Source: Myxococcota bacterium (GTDB lineage Bacteria; Myxococcota; SpSt-1050). Taken from it: a stretch of 46,342 nt of DNA. The position numbers were made by a program, and so were the translations under genes. Below, in pieces: positions 20,366 to 30,669 of this stretch. The stretch is taken from NCBI GenBank assembly GCA_049969675.1, contig JBMFOP010000008.1, positions 1-46,342 on the forward strand, read 5' to 3'. Numbering within the stretch: the stretch's first letter is position 1; the number at the start of each line of letters is the position of its first letter. The notes under the pieces are model-generated. The model saw nothing but the letters and a program-made list of their open reading frames with translations. It was not told the origin of the DNA and did not search any database.

Positions 20366-22105
20366 ATGAAGAAGATTTTGTTTGTCTCAATTATCTTGTT
20401 TATACTCTATAATTGTTCTGAAAGGTCACAGGATGCATATCAATCCAGTAAATTATCTGATGCTACAATTGTTGATGTGCTGAACAATGATACGGGAGAT
20501 AATAAAGAGTATCCTCTCTGTGGAACAAATGTATATTTTGGCAACCATTTAATTCCCTCTGAATTTGAAGATGGTTTTGATAAGGACCTCGCTACAAAAA
20601 TTAGAAGGTATGACAGATTGTATCATACATTTGTAACTTATGCCCATGGGACAAATACTGAATTAACTATCTCAAATGACTCTAAAGATAAGAGGGAGAA
20701 ACTCTGGAAATTTCTATATGAATATGATGGGTGAAGTCTAAATGAATTTGAGAATGGACTCAATGTAAGTGATATAATTGAGGGATGGGATAAGTCTGCA
20801 GGGCTATACGCTGGAGCTGGAATTGCTGCTGATGCGATGAGGTATGCTATTTTGAGGGATTCGGGTAGCGATTGTAAGGAGCTTGATATAGCACGCGAGC
20901 AACTTAAAAAATCTATTGATGTGCTTCATATCGCATTCAGGATCCCATCCACTCCTGGAGTTGTGGCGAGAGGGTTTGCCAATAGATTGATGCCCGGAAT
21001 CGGTCCCAATATTGTGACAGTTCCTCTATTTGATGAGAGTGGTGTCCCACTCCCTTATGAAAAGAATAACGGCACCTGGAGAGATGATCTGAGCGGTGAA
21101 TATCCTGATCTGGTCTGGGAGGATTCTATCTCAAGAGATATGATGCTTGGCTGGGCACTTGCCACTGCAATAGTTAAAGAGGTGATATCAGAAGACCCAA
21201 CATTCTCTGAGGATATAAAGAGAAGATTGGGCGAAGATGCAAAAGGTGTTGGAGAGGAGTTGAGGAAGAGGCGGCCTGATGGTTATGACCTTGAATTCCC
21301 CGATGCTGATGGGAGGATTACCTTCCATGGATACATAAATGAAAATAATGTGGATGGGACATATATACCCGGACTCAATAACGGTTTCTATGCAACAATG
21401 GCACTCGGAATCGTATCTGCCTATGCCTATGCCTCTCAAGATAAGGAGGCTTATGATTATATTGAGAAGGTTCTTATCAAAAAGCGAGAACTCCATAAGA
21501 TTGCCTCTGAACAGATGAAGTTTGTAAATATGGGGTTGGTCTCAAATTTTTCAAATTACAATATGGTGATGATATCCGCCTTTCTTGCATTGAGATATCT
21601 GCCGATTAAAGAAGGGAGGGATGAGATAGCCAGGGCTGTTGAGATTCAGATATATAATGTGCCGAATAGTGAAAGACAGCCGATTGAGATGAAGCAGACA
21701 TTATTTGATGTAATATATGCTTATTCTAAGACTGGAGGGAGTATGTTTTCTCATCCCAATGGTGTATATCAAAAGGATGCAATTGAGAGGGGGATTGAGA
21801 CTTTAAATGAATTTCCAGATGCCCCTTTTTATGACATTTATGTTGAAAATTGTGATGAATCAGAGATAAATTCAGGTGAATGCACATTAATTGATGGAAC
21901 AAAGGTGACAGTGCTTGGTTATAAGGGCAGAAATGGAGACCTGATTACAAAAGAGCCTATTCCTATGAGGGCAAGACCACCATCAAATTTTTACTGGAGG
22001 TCAAATCCTTATGTCCCAAATGGAGGTGGAGATGGGTCAAGATTGCTCTCCGGTGTGGATCTGAGATTTGCATATTATCTGGGAAGATATCTCAGGTATA
22101 AGTGA
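20366..22105 (+). pseudogene. ~579-codon lipoprotein of unknown function interrupted by one in-frame TGA (20732-20734)
   Basis: Lipobox LYNC; ORFs 20351-20734 and 20837-22105 share a frame and the 34 codons between them are open. Confidence 0.75.
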
Positions 22106-22226
22106 TCTGGTGGCTATATTAGGACATCTCTAAAAAATATAAATATGAAACTGTTCTAAAAGTGTATTGATTGACAATCAGGGTAATCATATAAAGGCAC
22201 TAAAAAACCATAAATAATTTAAACCA

Positions 22227-22255
22227 TTGACTGAGAGATAAAAGTTGAATATCAT
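22227..22255 (+). promoter_or_regulatory. sigma70 promoter giving a probable leaderless mRNA
   Basis: TTGACT-17 bp-TATCAT, ATG 7 nt downstream, no SD. Confidence 0.55.
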
Positions 22256-22261
22256 TAATTT

Positions 22262-22738
22262 ATGTTTGAACTCCTTACATTCTCCTGTCTGATAGTGATT
22301 GGAACGATTGCCTCAATCACAGATATAAGAGAAGGAAAAATTTATAATATAGTAAATTATCCATCAATACTTTTGGGCTTTCTGATGTGGTTTGCCTATC
22401 TCGGGGTTGATGGGCTTGTTACAAGTATGATTGGGTTTGGTATTGCTGCTGGAATCTATATGATAATTTTTTTTATTGGTGGATTCGGTGCAGGAGATGT
22501 AAAATTCGCGGCGGTGATTGGTGCATTTATGGGGTATCCTCTGGTCATCACCTGGATAGTAATATCTGCCATTGTGGGCGGTCTTCTTGCATTAATCTTA
22601 CTGGTGCGATTCAGATTAAAAAAGGCGGATAGATTTCGGATGAAAGATGCTATCTATATACCATTTGGTCCTCCGATGGCACTTGCAGTTTTAATAACTT
22701 ATGGGTATAATTTTATGGTGAGTTCAGGTCTATTATGA
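22262..22738 (+). CDS. A24 prepilin peptidase (TadV/CpaA-like, no methyltransferase domain)
   Basis: ITDIREGKIYN (first Asp), GGFGAGDVK (second Asp), IPFGPPMA; 158 aa, hydrophobic. Confidence 0.9.
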   Translation: MFELLTFSCLIVIGTIASITDIREGKIYNIVNYPSILLGFLMWFAYLGVDGLVTSMIGFGIAAGIYMIIFFIGGFGAGDVKFAAVIGAFMGYPLVITWIVISAIVGGLLALILLVRFRLKKADRFRMKDAIYIPFGPPMALAVLITYGYNFMVSSGLL

Positions 22739-24906
22739 GAAGAGCTATTTTATTAATTGGTATATTGTTTCTCTCCTCCTGTCAGTCATGTAATAATAAC
22801 TATTTCTGTGAGCGTTCAATCTGTATGCCCGGCAACTGTCTATATAACGGGATGTGTGTTCAGGTGGTAGGAAATGTCTGCACCGATAATAAGGATTGTA
22901 TTTCCGGAACCTGTCTTAAAGGTGCTTCAGAGGAGTATGGATATTGTTCATATAATTGTATAGGGGATATGGATTGTCCACAAAAGTATAAATGTATGGG
23001 TAGCCCCAAAATGTGTATTTATTCCGGAGAGGAGACAGGTTGTGAGAATGATTCTGATTGTGGGGTCTGTGGGCATTGCATTAGCAATAGATGCTCCTCT
23101 ATATATGGTTGTCCATACTATCTCTGCTCCACAGTGGTGGATTGTCCGTATTGTATGAACTGTATTGGTGGGATGTGTGTCCCTATAGAAGGTTGTAATG
23201 GTTCAATGTGTTTAAATAATGAAGATTGTGGAGGATGTGCGATCTGTATAAACGGACTATGCAGGAATCCCGAAGGCTGTAAATATCCGCCCTGCAAGAG
23301 AGATGAGGAGTGCCCAATAGGGTATATATGTGATTCAAACTATAGGGAATGTAAGAAGAAGGGGGCATCCGAGATAGGGAAGGGCTGTTCCTTAGGTCTG
23401 GATGGGGGGATTCAGGATACAGGGGATGATCTATCGTGTGAGAGTGGGCTATGTATTTATGATGATGGGAGCTATTATTGTTCTGTGGATTGCACTGCTG
23501 ACAACTCTATATGTCCGTATAATTACACCTGTTCTGTCTATGAAGGCGGGATGAGGGTATGCAAGAAGAAGAAGGAGATATACACAGGGATCCAGTGCAA
23601 GAAGGATTCTGATTGTAATAGCAAGAACAATGAAGTCTGTATCTTTGTAGCAGATTCGCAGGGGGGTGCAGGAACCTATTGCAGTCAGCCTTTTACAGAT
23701 GGATATGGGCTTGGATATGTGTGTGAACAGGATGGAGACTGTCAGACGAATCTATGTCCAGATAATAGGATTTGTTCAAAGCCCTGCAGCAGAGATGCCG
23801 ATTGCCCGAGAGGATATGTCTGTGAAGAAGTCAGATTCACTATAAATGGAAATACTGTTGGGCTTATGGGGTGTGTGGCGAGATATTATACATACGGGCG
23901 GATTGGAGATATATGTAATGAGAATATGCCCTGCAGAGATGGGCTGTTTTGCACTCTGGATGATATAAAACTGCCTTCTCCCATCTGTACAAAGGAGTGT
24001 AGTGGCGACTCAGATTGTATTGACAATTATGAATGCCGCGAGGACGATATATACCTTTCTGGTAAGACGCTCTGCCTCCCAATTATGCAACCTCACAATT
24101 GTGTCTATGATTCGGATTGTCCAGCAGGTAAGGTCTGTTCAATCTTTGTCGGTGAAAATAAGGAATATTTTATTGATTGTGTTGATAAGGGTGAAGGGAA
24201 TGCCCCCCTTGAGAGGTGTTCTTTTACAACAGGTATACCGTCCTGTAGCAATAATATGTGCACACTTTACAATTACTGTGACTCGCTATGTCAGTATAGT
24301 AGTGATTGTCAGAGAGAATATTTAAGATGTGACCTCTCTATACTCAAGATGCCAGATACTACTTTCAGATTCAATAAAGCCTGTAGATTAAAATATGGCT
24401 CTCTTAAGAGTTGCACCACTGATAAAGATTGTAATTCAAATGAGGTCTGTCGCCGGTTTACATCCTTTGATGGTATGTATGAGAAGAATGCCTGTATGAC
24501 ACCGATCCCGGATGGATTACCTTTTGGTTCCAGTTGTAATCCGCAGACCCTTGAACCCAAATGCATCAATGACCTTTGCAGTGATGATGCCATCTGTACC
24601 AGATTCTGTCTGACAGATTCCGACTGCGGTTCAAATATGAAATGTGATGTAACTCACGCCCGATTATCTAATGGGGGCGAACTCTACTTTATGGGATGCA
24701 GGCCGGATAAGAAGAGAGGTGGGCTTGGTGACCCCTGTCCCTCGGGCTGGCTGGATTGTGAATACAATTACTTCTGTTATAATGATGGAGAGGTCTCTTT
24801 CTGTACAAAGGCGTGTGATATCAATAACCCGCAGGATTGCGCCCCACCTGAAAATGTCTGTAAAGATGTAAACCAGAATTATATCTGTGTACCTGTGAGC
24901 CGCTGA
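22735..24906 (+). CDS. Cys-rich repeat lipoprotein
   Basis: Lipobox LSSC; repeated CxxDxDCxxGxxC and CxxxCxxDxDCP modules; ATGA overlap with peptidase. Confidence 0.85.
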   Translation: MRRAILLIGILFLSSCQSCNNNYFCERSICMPGNCLYNGMCVQVVGNVCTDNKDCISGTCLKGASEEYGYCSYNCIGDMDCPQKYKCMGSPKMCIYSGEETGCENDSDCGVCGHCISNRCSSIYGCPYYLCSTVVDCPYCMNCIGGMCVPIEGCNGSMCLNNEDCGGCAICINGLCRNPEGCKYPPCKRDEECPIGYICDSNYRECKKKGASEIGKGCSLGLDGGIQDTGDDLSCESGLCIYDDGSYYCSVDCTADNSICPYNYTCSVYEGGMRVCKKKKEIYTGIQCKKDSDCNSKNNEVCIFVADSQGGAGTYCSQPFTDGYGLGYVCEQDGDCQTNLCPDNRICSKPCSRDADCPRGYVCEEVRFTINGNTVGLMGCVARYYTYGRIGDICNENMPCRDGLFCTLDDIKLPSPICTKECSGDSDCIDNYECREDDIYLSGKTLCLPIMQPHNCVYDSDCPAGKVCSIFVGENKEYFIDCVDKGEGNAPLERCSFTTGIPSCSNNMCTLYNYCDSLCQYSSDCQREYLRCDLSILKMPDTTFRFNKACRLKYGSLKSCTTDKDCNSNEVCRRFTSFDGMYEKNACMTPIPDGLPFGSSCNPQTLEPKCINDLCSDDAICTRFCLTDSDCGSNMKCDVTHARLSNGGELYFMGCRPDKKRGGLGDPCPSGWLDCEYNYFCYNDGEVSFCTKACDINNPQDCAPPENVCKDVNQNYICVPVSR

Positions 24907-25446
24907 ATAGATAAGGTAGATATATGGAATTTATGGCATATAAATATGGGGCAGTAAAGGATGAATATTAATAAGGATGAGGCAATATGGGTTCTAAATG
25001 ATTGGTTATGCACCCGTCAATGACGGTGAATCTCCATAGAGGAAGAAGGGTCTTGTTGATTTCAAAAAGAAGATATTTGTGGAAAAAGAATCAGATGAGG
25101 GCTATTCCTGCATTCTTATTAGAAATGTCATAGTTGTATAGGATATAATTTATGCCGCCATTAAGAACGGTCAGGTATATCAGAATGTTATATCTTGAGT
25201 TTGTTCTAATAAGAGTCTGGTTATCTATGTTTTTTAAGATTATCGGACTAATTATTGCTGAGGTATCCGGGGATAATACTTTCAAGAGTCTGGATATCTA
25301 TACTGGTTATAACTATGGGCATAATCGGTTTTTGTTGCTATTCTCTTTATTATAAAAAGGGATAACCAAATAATTCTTTTGAAAAGTGATATTGGATGTG
25401 CTAATGTAAATGCCGTTTTTCAGGATATGAGGCAGTGAGAGATTCT

Positions 25447-26613
25447 ATGAAATTTCATATTATCCTTTATTTCATATTAATGATTTTTACTATTGGTTGC
25501 AGTGATGAAATTACATATAGACTGGATAAAGGGTATGAAGATGAACTTTCTTCTGATGTCTTTTCTGATTCAGACATCTATCCGTACTCACCGGCTATTG
25601 ATATAGAGGATATTTGTGATATTGGTGATACCTTTACTGCATCGGATGAACTCTTATACTCAGATATAACAGATGTCAATTTTTATGAATCTCCATCAAT
25701 GGTAGTTAATAAAGATTATTTGCCATTGTTAAAGAAGATTATTAGTGATGCTAAGAACAATATATTAATCTTACATCAGGAATTTTTATCTGGCTCTACA
25801 TTGGACCAGCTTCAGAATGACCTCGTATCAGCAAAGAATCGCGGTGTTAATGTAAGGGTTCTTCTGGAGAAGGATGTAGATGCTAATTCTCAGAGAATTG
25901 ATTCTCTCAGGGCACAGGGGATCGATGCGGCACTGGATTCCTCTTCAAAGACACTCCATCTAAAACTGGTGCTCGCTGATAATAGGTATATCCTTCTGGG
26001 GTCAACCAATCTATCATATTCTTCTTTTATGAGTAATAATGAGGTAAATCTTTTTATAGATGATGTAGATCTCGCAAAGAAGTATTATGAATATGCAAAT
26101 AATCTGCTCTCAGACAATAATAAATTCTCAAAGGTATATTGTTCAAATTGTGATATTATTCCGATTGGAGATGGGCAGTATGCAGATATTGTCACTCCAT
26201 ATATTGACTCAGCATCAGGCAGGGTCTATGTGATTATGTATCAGTTTGCCTATGATAATGATACCTCCACCCCAAATGGGAAAATCACAAAGTCACTTAT
26301 TGATGCAAAGAATAGAGGAGTGAATGTAAAGCTCCTGCTTGAATATTCATCTTTTGATTCCACACTCAACTCCACAAATCAGAATACATCTACATATTTG
26401 AAAGGGAAAGGGATTGATGTGAGAATGGATTCAAAGGATGTAGTAACGCATGCTAAACTCTTAATTGCGGATGATTATGTGGTGATATACTCTGGTAATT
26501 GGGTTTACTCCGCGCTCACCAATAATCATGAGATTGGGGCTTTATTGAAATATTCAAAGATAACTGAATATGCAGTAAATTATTTTAATACTCTATTTAA
26601 TTCGGCTAAATGA
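25447..26613 (+). CDS. Phospholipase D/nuclease-family lipoprotein with two HKD motifs
   Basis: Lipobox TIGC; HLKLVLAD...GSTN...NNE and HAKLLIAD...SGNW...NHE; alternative GTG start at 25435. Confidence 0.88.
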   Translation: MKFHIILYFILMIFTIGCSDEITYRLDKGYEDELSSDVFSDSDIYPYSPAIDIEDICDIGDTFTASDELLYSDITDVNFYESPSMVVNKDYLPLLKKIISDAKNNILILHQEFLSGSTLDQLQNDLVSAKNRGVNVRVLLEKDVDANSQRIDSLRAQGIDAALDSSSKTLHLKLVLADNRYILLGSTNLSYSSFMSNNEVNLFIDDVDLAKKYYEYANNLLSDNNKFSKVYCSNCDIIPIGDGQYADIVTPYIDSASGRVYVIMYQFAYDNDTSTPNGKITKSLIDAKNRGVNVKLLLEYSSFDSTLNSTNQNTSTYLKGKGIDVRMDSKDVVTHAKLLIADDYVVIYSGNWVYSALTNNHEIGALLKYSKITEYAVNYFNTLFNSAK

Positions 26614-26615
26614 TA

Positions 26616-27263
26616 TCAGGCTATTGCCTTCTTAATCTTCTCAACAATCATCTCTTCTGGGGCGGCCCCTTCCTGAAATTCTTTATCATTAATTACTGTC
26701 CTTGGCACTCCCATTACATTGTACTGGCTCCCCATCTCTGGAAACTCTGACACCTCAATCATATTGGAAGTAATTTTATTGTTTGAGAGATATGCCATTA
26801 CATGACCAATATAGACCGCGGTTGGACAGTATGGACAGGAAGGTGTGACAAAGATCTTAAAGTCCACATCTTTATCAACTGTTTTTATGAATTCAACGGT
26901 ACTACCCTTCAACTGATGTTTCCCTGTTGAGACCAGAAGGAGTGTCTCAAGAAATGAGCTAAATTCATACCCTGCCACGATTCCATAAAATCTAATTCCA
27001 TTGTCCTTTCCATTCTCATCAAGTACTATTGTGGCGGGTCTTATATCCATAATCTTATATTTCTCTGCCTCTTCCTTATTCTGAGGGTCAATAACTTCTA
27101 CTGTAATCTTCTCTGTAATCTCAGCAAGTTCATTGTAGAGATTCTTTGCCTCATTGCACATCTCACATCCATCATCCATAAAGAGTTTAATCTTGACTGG
27201 CTTATCAAACTCTTTGAATACCTCTTTTAATTCATTTCTTACATTTTCATCTAAAAGCGCCAT
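26616..27263 (-). CDS. Protein-disulfide oxidoreductase (glutaredoxin-like, AhpF N-terminal-domain type)
   Basis: Two thioredoxin folds, CEMC and CPYC, GIRFYG.VAGYEF.S, VMGVP. Confidence 0.92.
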   Translation of the reverse strand: MALLDENVRNELKEVFKEFDKPVKIKLFMDDGCEMCNEAKNLYNELAEITEKITVEVIDPQNKEEAEKYKIMDIRPATIVLDENGKDNGIRFYGIVAGYEFSSFLETLLLVSTGKHQLKGSTVEFIKTVDKDVDFKIFVTPSCPYCPTAVYIGHVMAYLSNNKITSNMIEVSEFPEMGSQYNVMGVPRTVINDKEFQEGAAPEEMIVEKIKKAIA

Positions 27264-27274
27264 CTTTTACCTCC

Positions 27275-28255
27275 TTAAAGGTTGTTTAAATATCTGTAGG
27301 CCGAAAGGGCAGCCTTTGCACCCTCTCCAGCCGCAACTATAATCTGTTTTTCTGGAACAGATGTAATATCTCCAGCCGCGAAGATGCCTTCCACATCCGT
27401 TCTACAGTACTCATCTACAATTATTTCTTTGTATTTATTAAGGTTGAGAAAGCCCTCTACGAAATCGGTATTAGGAATAAGCCCTATCTCAACAAATACC
27501 CCATCTGTCTCAATAATTCGTTCCTCTCCATCTATCAATGCCTTAACAGAACTGACCTTATCTCGTCCCAAAATCTCAAGAACCTCTGAGTTCAAGAATA
27601 TTGCTTTATTCTCAAATTTCTCAAACTCTTCTCTTAATACTTTATCTGCGGTCAATCTGTCCCCTCTTTGAAGGAGAATAACATATTTACTAATTTTGGC
27701 AAGTTCAATCGCCGCCTCAACGCCAGAATTTCCTCCACCAACCACAATAACCCTTTTATCCCTGTATAGTGGGACATCACAGGTGGCACAGTAAGATACT
27801 CCTTTACCTGTCAACTCTATCTCCCCTTTTACTCCCAATTTACGATATCTCTTCCCCGCGGCAATAATAATACTCTTTGCTTTATACCGTTTGCCATTGC
27901 TTACATCCACATATAATATCTTATCAGACTTTTCAATCTTCTTTACATAGACTTTATCCAGTAGAGCGAGTTCAAACTGCTTGATTTGAGAAGAGAATTT
28001 ATTGACCAGATTTGAACCTTCAATGAATCTGAATCCCATATAGTTTTCAATAGAATATGTCTCAAGCATCTGCCCACCTATATCATAAGTAATCATAGCT
28101 GTCTTCAGCCCTTTTCTGAGCGAATAGACAGCCGCAGTCATTCCGGCAGGTCCACCACCAATTATAATAATATCGTAGAGTTCTTCCTCTCTAATATTAC
28201 TCAATTTATTCTCTTCTGCCTCCCTGATATTTATCTTAAGTTCCATTGTCTGCAC
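27275..28255 (-). CDS. trxB: Thioredoxin reductase (AhpF-like)
   Basis: IIIIGGGPAG, GKGVSYCATCD, VVGGGNSG, GIFAAGD, AAGEGAKAA. Confidence 0.92.
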   Translation of the reverse strand: MQTMELKINIREAEENKLSNIREEELYDIIIIGGGPAGMTAAVYSLRKGLKTAMITYDIGGQMLETYSIENYMGFRFIEGSNLVNKFSSQIKQFELALLDKVYVKKIEKSDKILYVDVSNGKRYKAKSIIIAAGKRYRKLGVKGEIELTGKGVSYCATCDVPLYRDKRVIVVGGGNSGVEAAIELAKISKYVILLQRGDRLTADKVLREEFEKFENKAIFLNSEVLEILGRDKVSSVKALIDGEERIIETDGVFVEIGLIPNTDFVEGFLNLNKYKEIIVDEYCRTDVEGIFAAGDITSVPEKQIIVAAGEGAKAALSAYRYLNNL

Positions 28256-28477
28256 CTCTCATCTCGTCTATTATGATGTAAAAATTATTAAAAGGATTCT
28301 TTTTATTTAAGGTATAGGCATCCAACTTCCATTTGTATGTCTTTACATTTTGACTCTTATTTTTTATTTTTATTAGAGCTTGGTATACTTCTAAATGGAC
28401 GCATCTTTTTAATAATAATTTTACTTTTGCTTGTTAGTATATTATAATATTGAGTTCAATTAAAGGGAGGTTCAGGT

Positions 28478-30469
28478 ATGTCTCTCAGAAACATTGTATA
28501 TATTGGATTGTTGCTGATAATCGCATTCTTATCTGGTGGATGTAGTTGTGATGATAATACGACATTGGGTTCAATCTCACCTGATATTAAGGTATTGGAT
28601 GAGACAAAGACAAAAGAGGTGACGGAGATTTCATTTGGAAAGGTGGCAAAATTATATAAGAAGGATATAATTATTTACATCTCAAATACCGTTCAAAAAT
28701 CCCGTGCATTGGAGGTCTCTGAAATCTTATTTGTGGATGAGTCTGGCAGGCCAGCACCAGATGGGATATTCAAAGTTGATAGGAGTATACTCAAAGTTGA
28801 AAATGGCAAACCGGAGATGGTGACAGTATCATTTGTTCCGGCTGATATAATTATTTACAAATATTATGTTCTTATCAAAAGTAATGCCCAGACATTGAGT
28901 AAGAGAGAGCTAAAGATACCAGTCAGTGGAGAGGGAATGCTCCCAAAGATGAGCCTTGATAAGACTGAGCTGGATTTTGGGAATGTATGGGTAAATTTTA
29001 CTCAGACCCGCGACTTTGTTATATCAAACTGGACAGGGACAGGTGCAGGACCACTTTCAATCTATAAATTTGAGTTCTCCAATGATATAGATTCATTTTC
29101 AATAACACAACCCGATATAAGAAATTTGCCAATTGTGGTAAAGGCTGGAGAATCAGTTACTGTTACAGTGAGTTTTATTCCACTGCAGGTAAGAGATTAT
29201 GCCGCGATCCTTACAATGCATACAGATGACCCTGAGAATAGAATGGCAAAGGTCAATCTAAAAGGGAAAGGGATAGAGCAACCAAAGAATGAACCACCAA
29301 TTGCAAAGATTTATGCAAAGGTGAATGGTAATTGGGTGGAGTGTTCGGAGAGTCAGCCAGTGGAACTCGCGGTCCCGGGAGAGATTGAGCTTTCCGGACA
29401 TTTTTCAACAGACCCAAATGACGACCCGATTATAGGATTTCAATGGAATGTAGCAAAAGATGAATCTAACAAGGAGATTATTCCAGAGGGCTCTGATTAC
29501 TGCTTTGACTGTGCACTGGGTAGAAATACGCATTTTAAGGATTCAAGAAAAGAGATCACAAAATTTTTTGGCGATATCGTTGGAGATTATAAGGTTAAAC
29601 TGGTTGTAAAAGATGCAACTACACTTGAGAGTAGTCCAGCCTTCTGTACAATAAATGGGTATGCGGCTCAAGCCCTTCATATTGAATTGAGATGGAATAC
29701 GCCACTTACAGATCTGGACCTACACCTTATAAATAAATCTGCAATATCTTATGAGCCATACGGGAGTGATGGGATGTTCTCCTGTCCCTGTGATTGTTAT
29801 ACTGGCAACAGGAATCCTGATTGGGGGATCCCTATTCCATATAAAAATATTTGTGGTTCAACAGATGCAGGAGGTCCAGATGATGACATTGAAGGGTTCC
29901 CATCTGTTGATACAGGTAGTGATGAATTCTGCTGTCTCAATCCTTATGGAAATAGTTGTGACCCGGAATGTATACCAAATTATGGGGCTGATGCTGTATG
30001 TATTGCTTCTAATGATGCAGGGGAGTCATATCTGACAAAGGACCCAACCTGTTATAAAGGCGGTAAGAAGTGTGTCCTTACCTGTGAAGAGGATACAGAG
30101 AACCCGGATTATAAGGCAGCCAAAGAGGATAATCCTACTCTGGATATTGATGATGTAGAGGGGTTTGGACCTGAAAATATTAATATTGTCAGCCCTTCTG
30201 AAGGAAATTATATGATTACAGTTTACTACTTTAATGATCAGGGGATAGGTTCCACAGATGCATGGGTAAAGGTCTATATCAATGGGATTAATAAACCAGA
30301 GTGGAACTTTGGCCCATTTAAACTTGAAAGGTCCAAACAGGCGTGGGATGTGGCTATAATTCAATGGCCCAAAAAAGGTAGTGCCAATGAGGTGATTGTT
30401 CAACCTTTAAAACCCTGGTCATTAAGGACTGTGAATAAATGTATCGGATGTACCTGCAGGCTCAGATAG
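28478..30469 (+). CDS. Lipoprotein with two Ig-like (ASH/choice-of-anchor D) domains, a PKD-like domain and a YfaP/DUF2135-like C-terminal domain
   Basis: Lipobox GGCSC; ISFGKV/LDFGNV...V.F.P...L.G.G repeats; NEPPIA...SG..STDPNDD...FQW; LHIELRWN...DLDLHL...LDIDDVEGFGPENI. Confidence 0.82.
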   Translation: MSLRNIVYIGLLLIIAFLSGGCSCDDNTTLGSISPDIKVLDETKTKEVTEISFGKVAKLYKKDIIIYISNTVQKSRALEVSEILFVDESGRPAPDGIFKVDRSILKVENGKPEMVTVSFVPADIIIYKYYVLIKSNAQTLSKRELKIPVSGEGMLPKMSLDKTELDFGNVWVNFTQTRDFVISNWTGTGAGPLSIYKFEFSNDIDSFSITQPDIRNLPIVVKAGESVTVTVSFIPLQVRDYAAILTMHTDDPENRMAKVNLKGKGIEQPKNEPPIAKIYAKVNGNWVECSESQPVELAVPGEIELSGHFSTDPNDDPIIGFQWNVAKDESNKEIIPEGSDYCFDCALGRNTHFKDSRKEITKFFGDIVGDYKVKLVVKDATTLESSPAFCTINGYAAQALHIELRWNTPLTDLDLHLINKSAISYEPYGSDGMFSCPCDCYTGNRNPDWGIPIPYKNICGSTDAGGPDDDIEGFPSVDTGSDEFCCLNPYGNSCDPECIPNYGADAVCIASNDAGESYLTKDPTCYKGGKKCVLTCEEDTENPDYKAAKEDNPTLDIDDVEGFGPENINIVSPSEGNYMITVYYFNDQGIGSTDAWVKVYINGINKPEWNFGPFKLERSKQAWDVAIIQWPKKGSANEVIVQPLKPWSLRTVNKCIGCTCRLR

Positions 30470-30669
30470 ATTTAGCAATTGCTATAACTAATTATCACAT
30501 CTCAATTTTTTATTGGTTGAGTGCACATCATAGTATTTTGTGAATATACCAGAATAATAAAAAAATTTTTCTGCATACTAATAAATTTAATGCATTTTAA
30601 TATTTATGGTGTTATAATATATAATCATGTTCAGTAAGTGTAAAATTTATTTATCCAAGGAGAGATAAA

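Noticed and set aside
20732..20734. Genome-wide TGA reassignment (code 4/25)
   Set aside because: TGA ends conserved genes at their expected C-termini (purF, queA), and Trp is TGG throughout
22122..22163. GGACATCTCTAAAAA as an IS terminal repeat
   Set aside because: No matching opposite end or transposase nearby; too short to support
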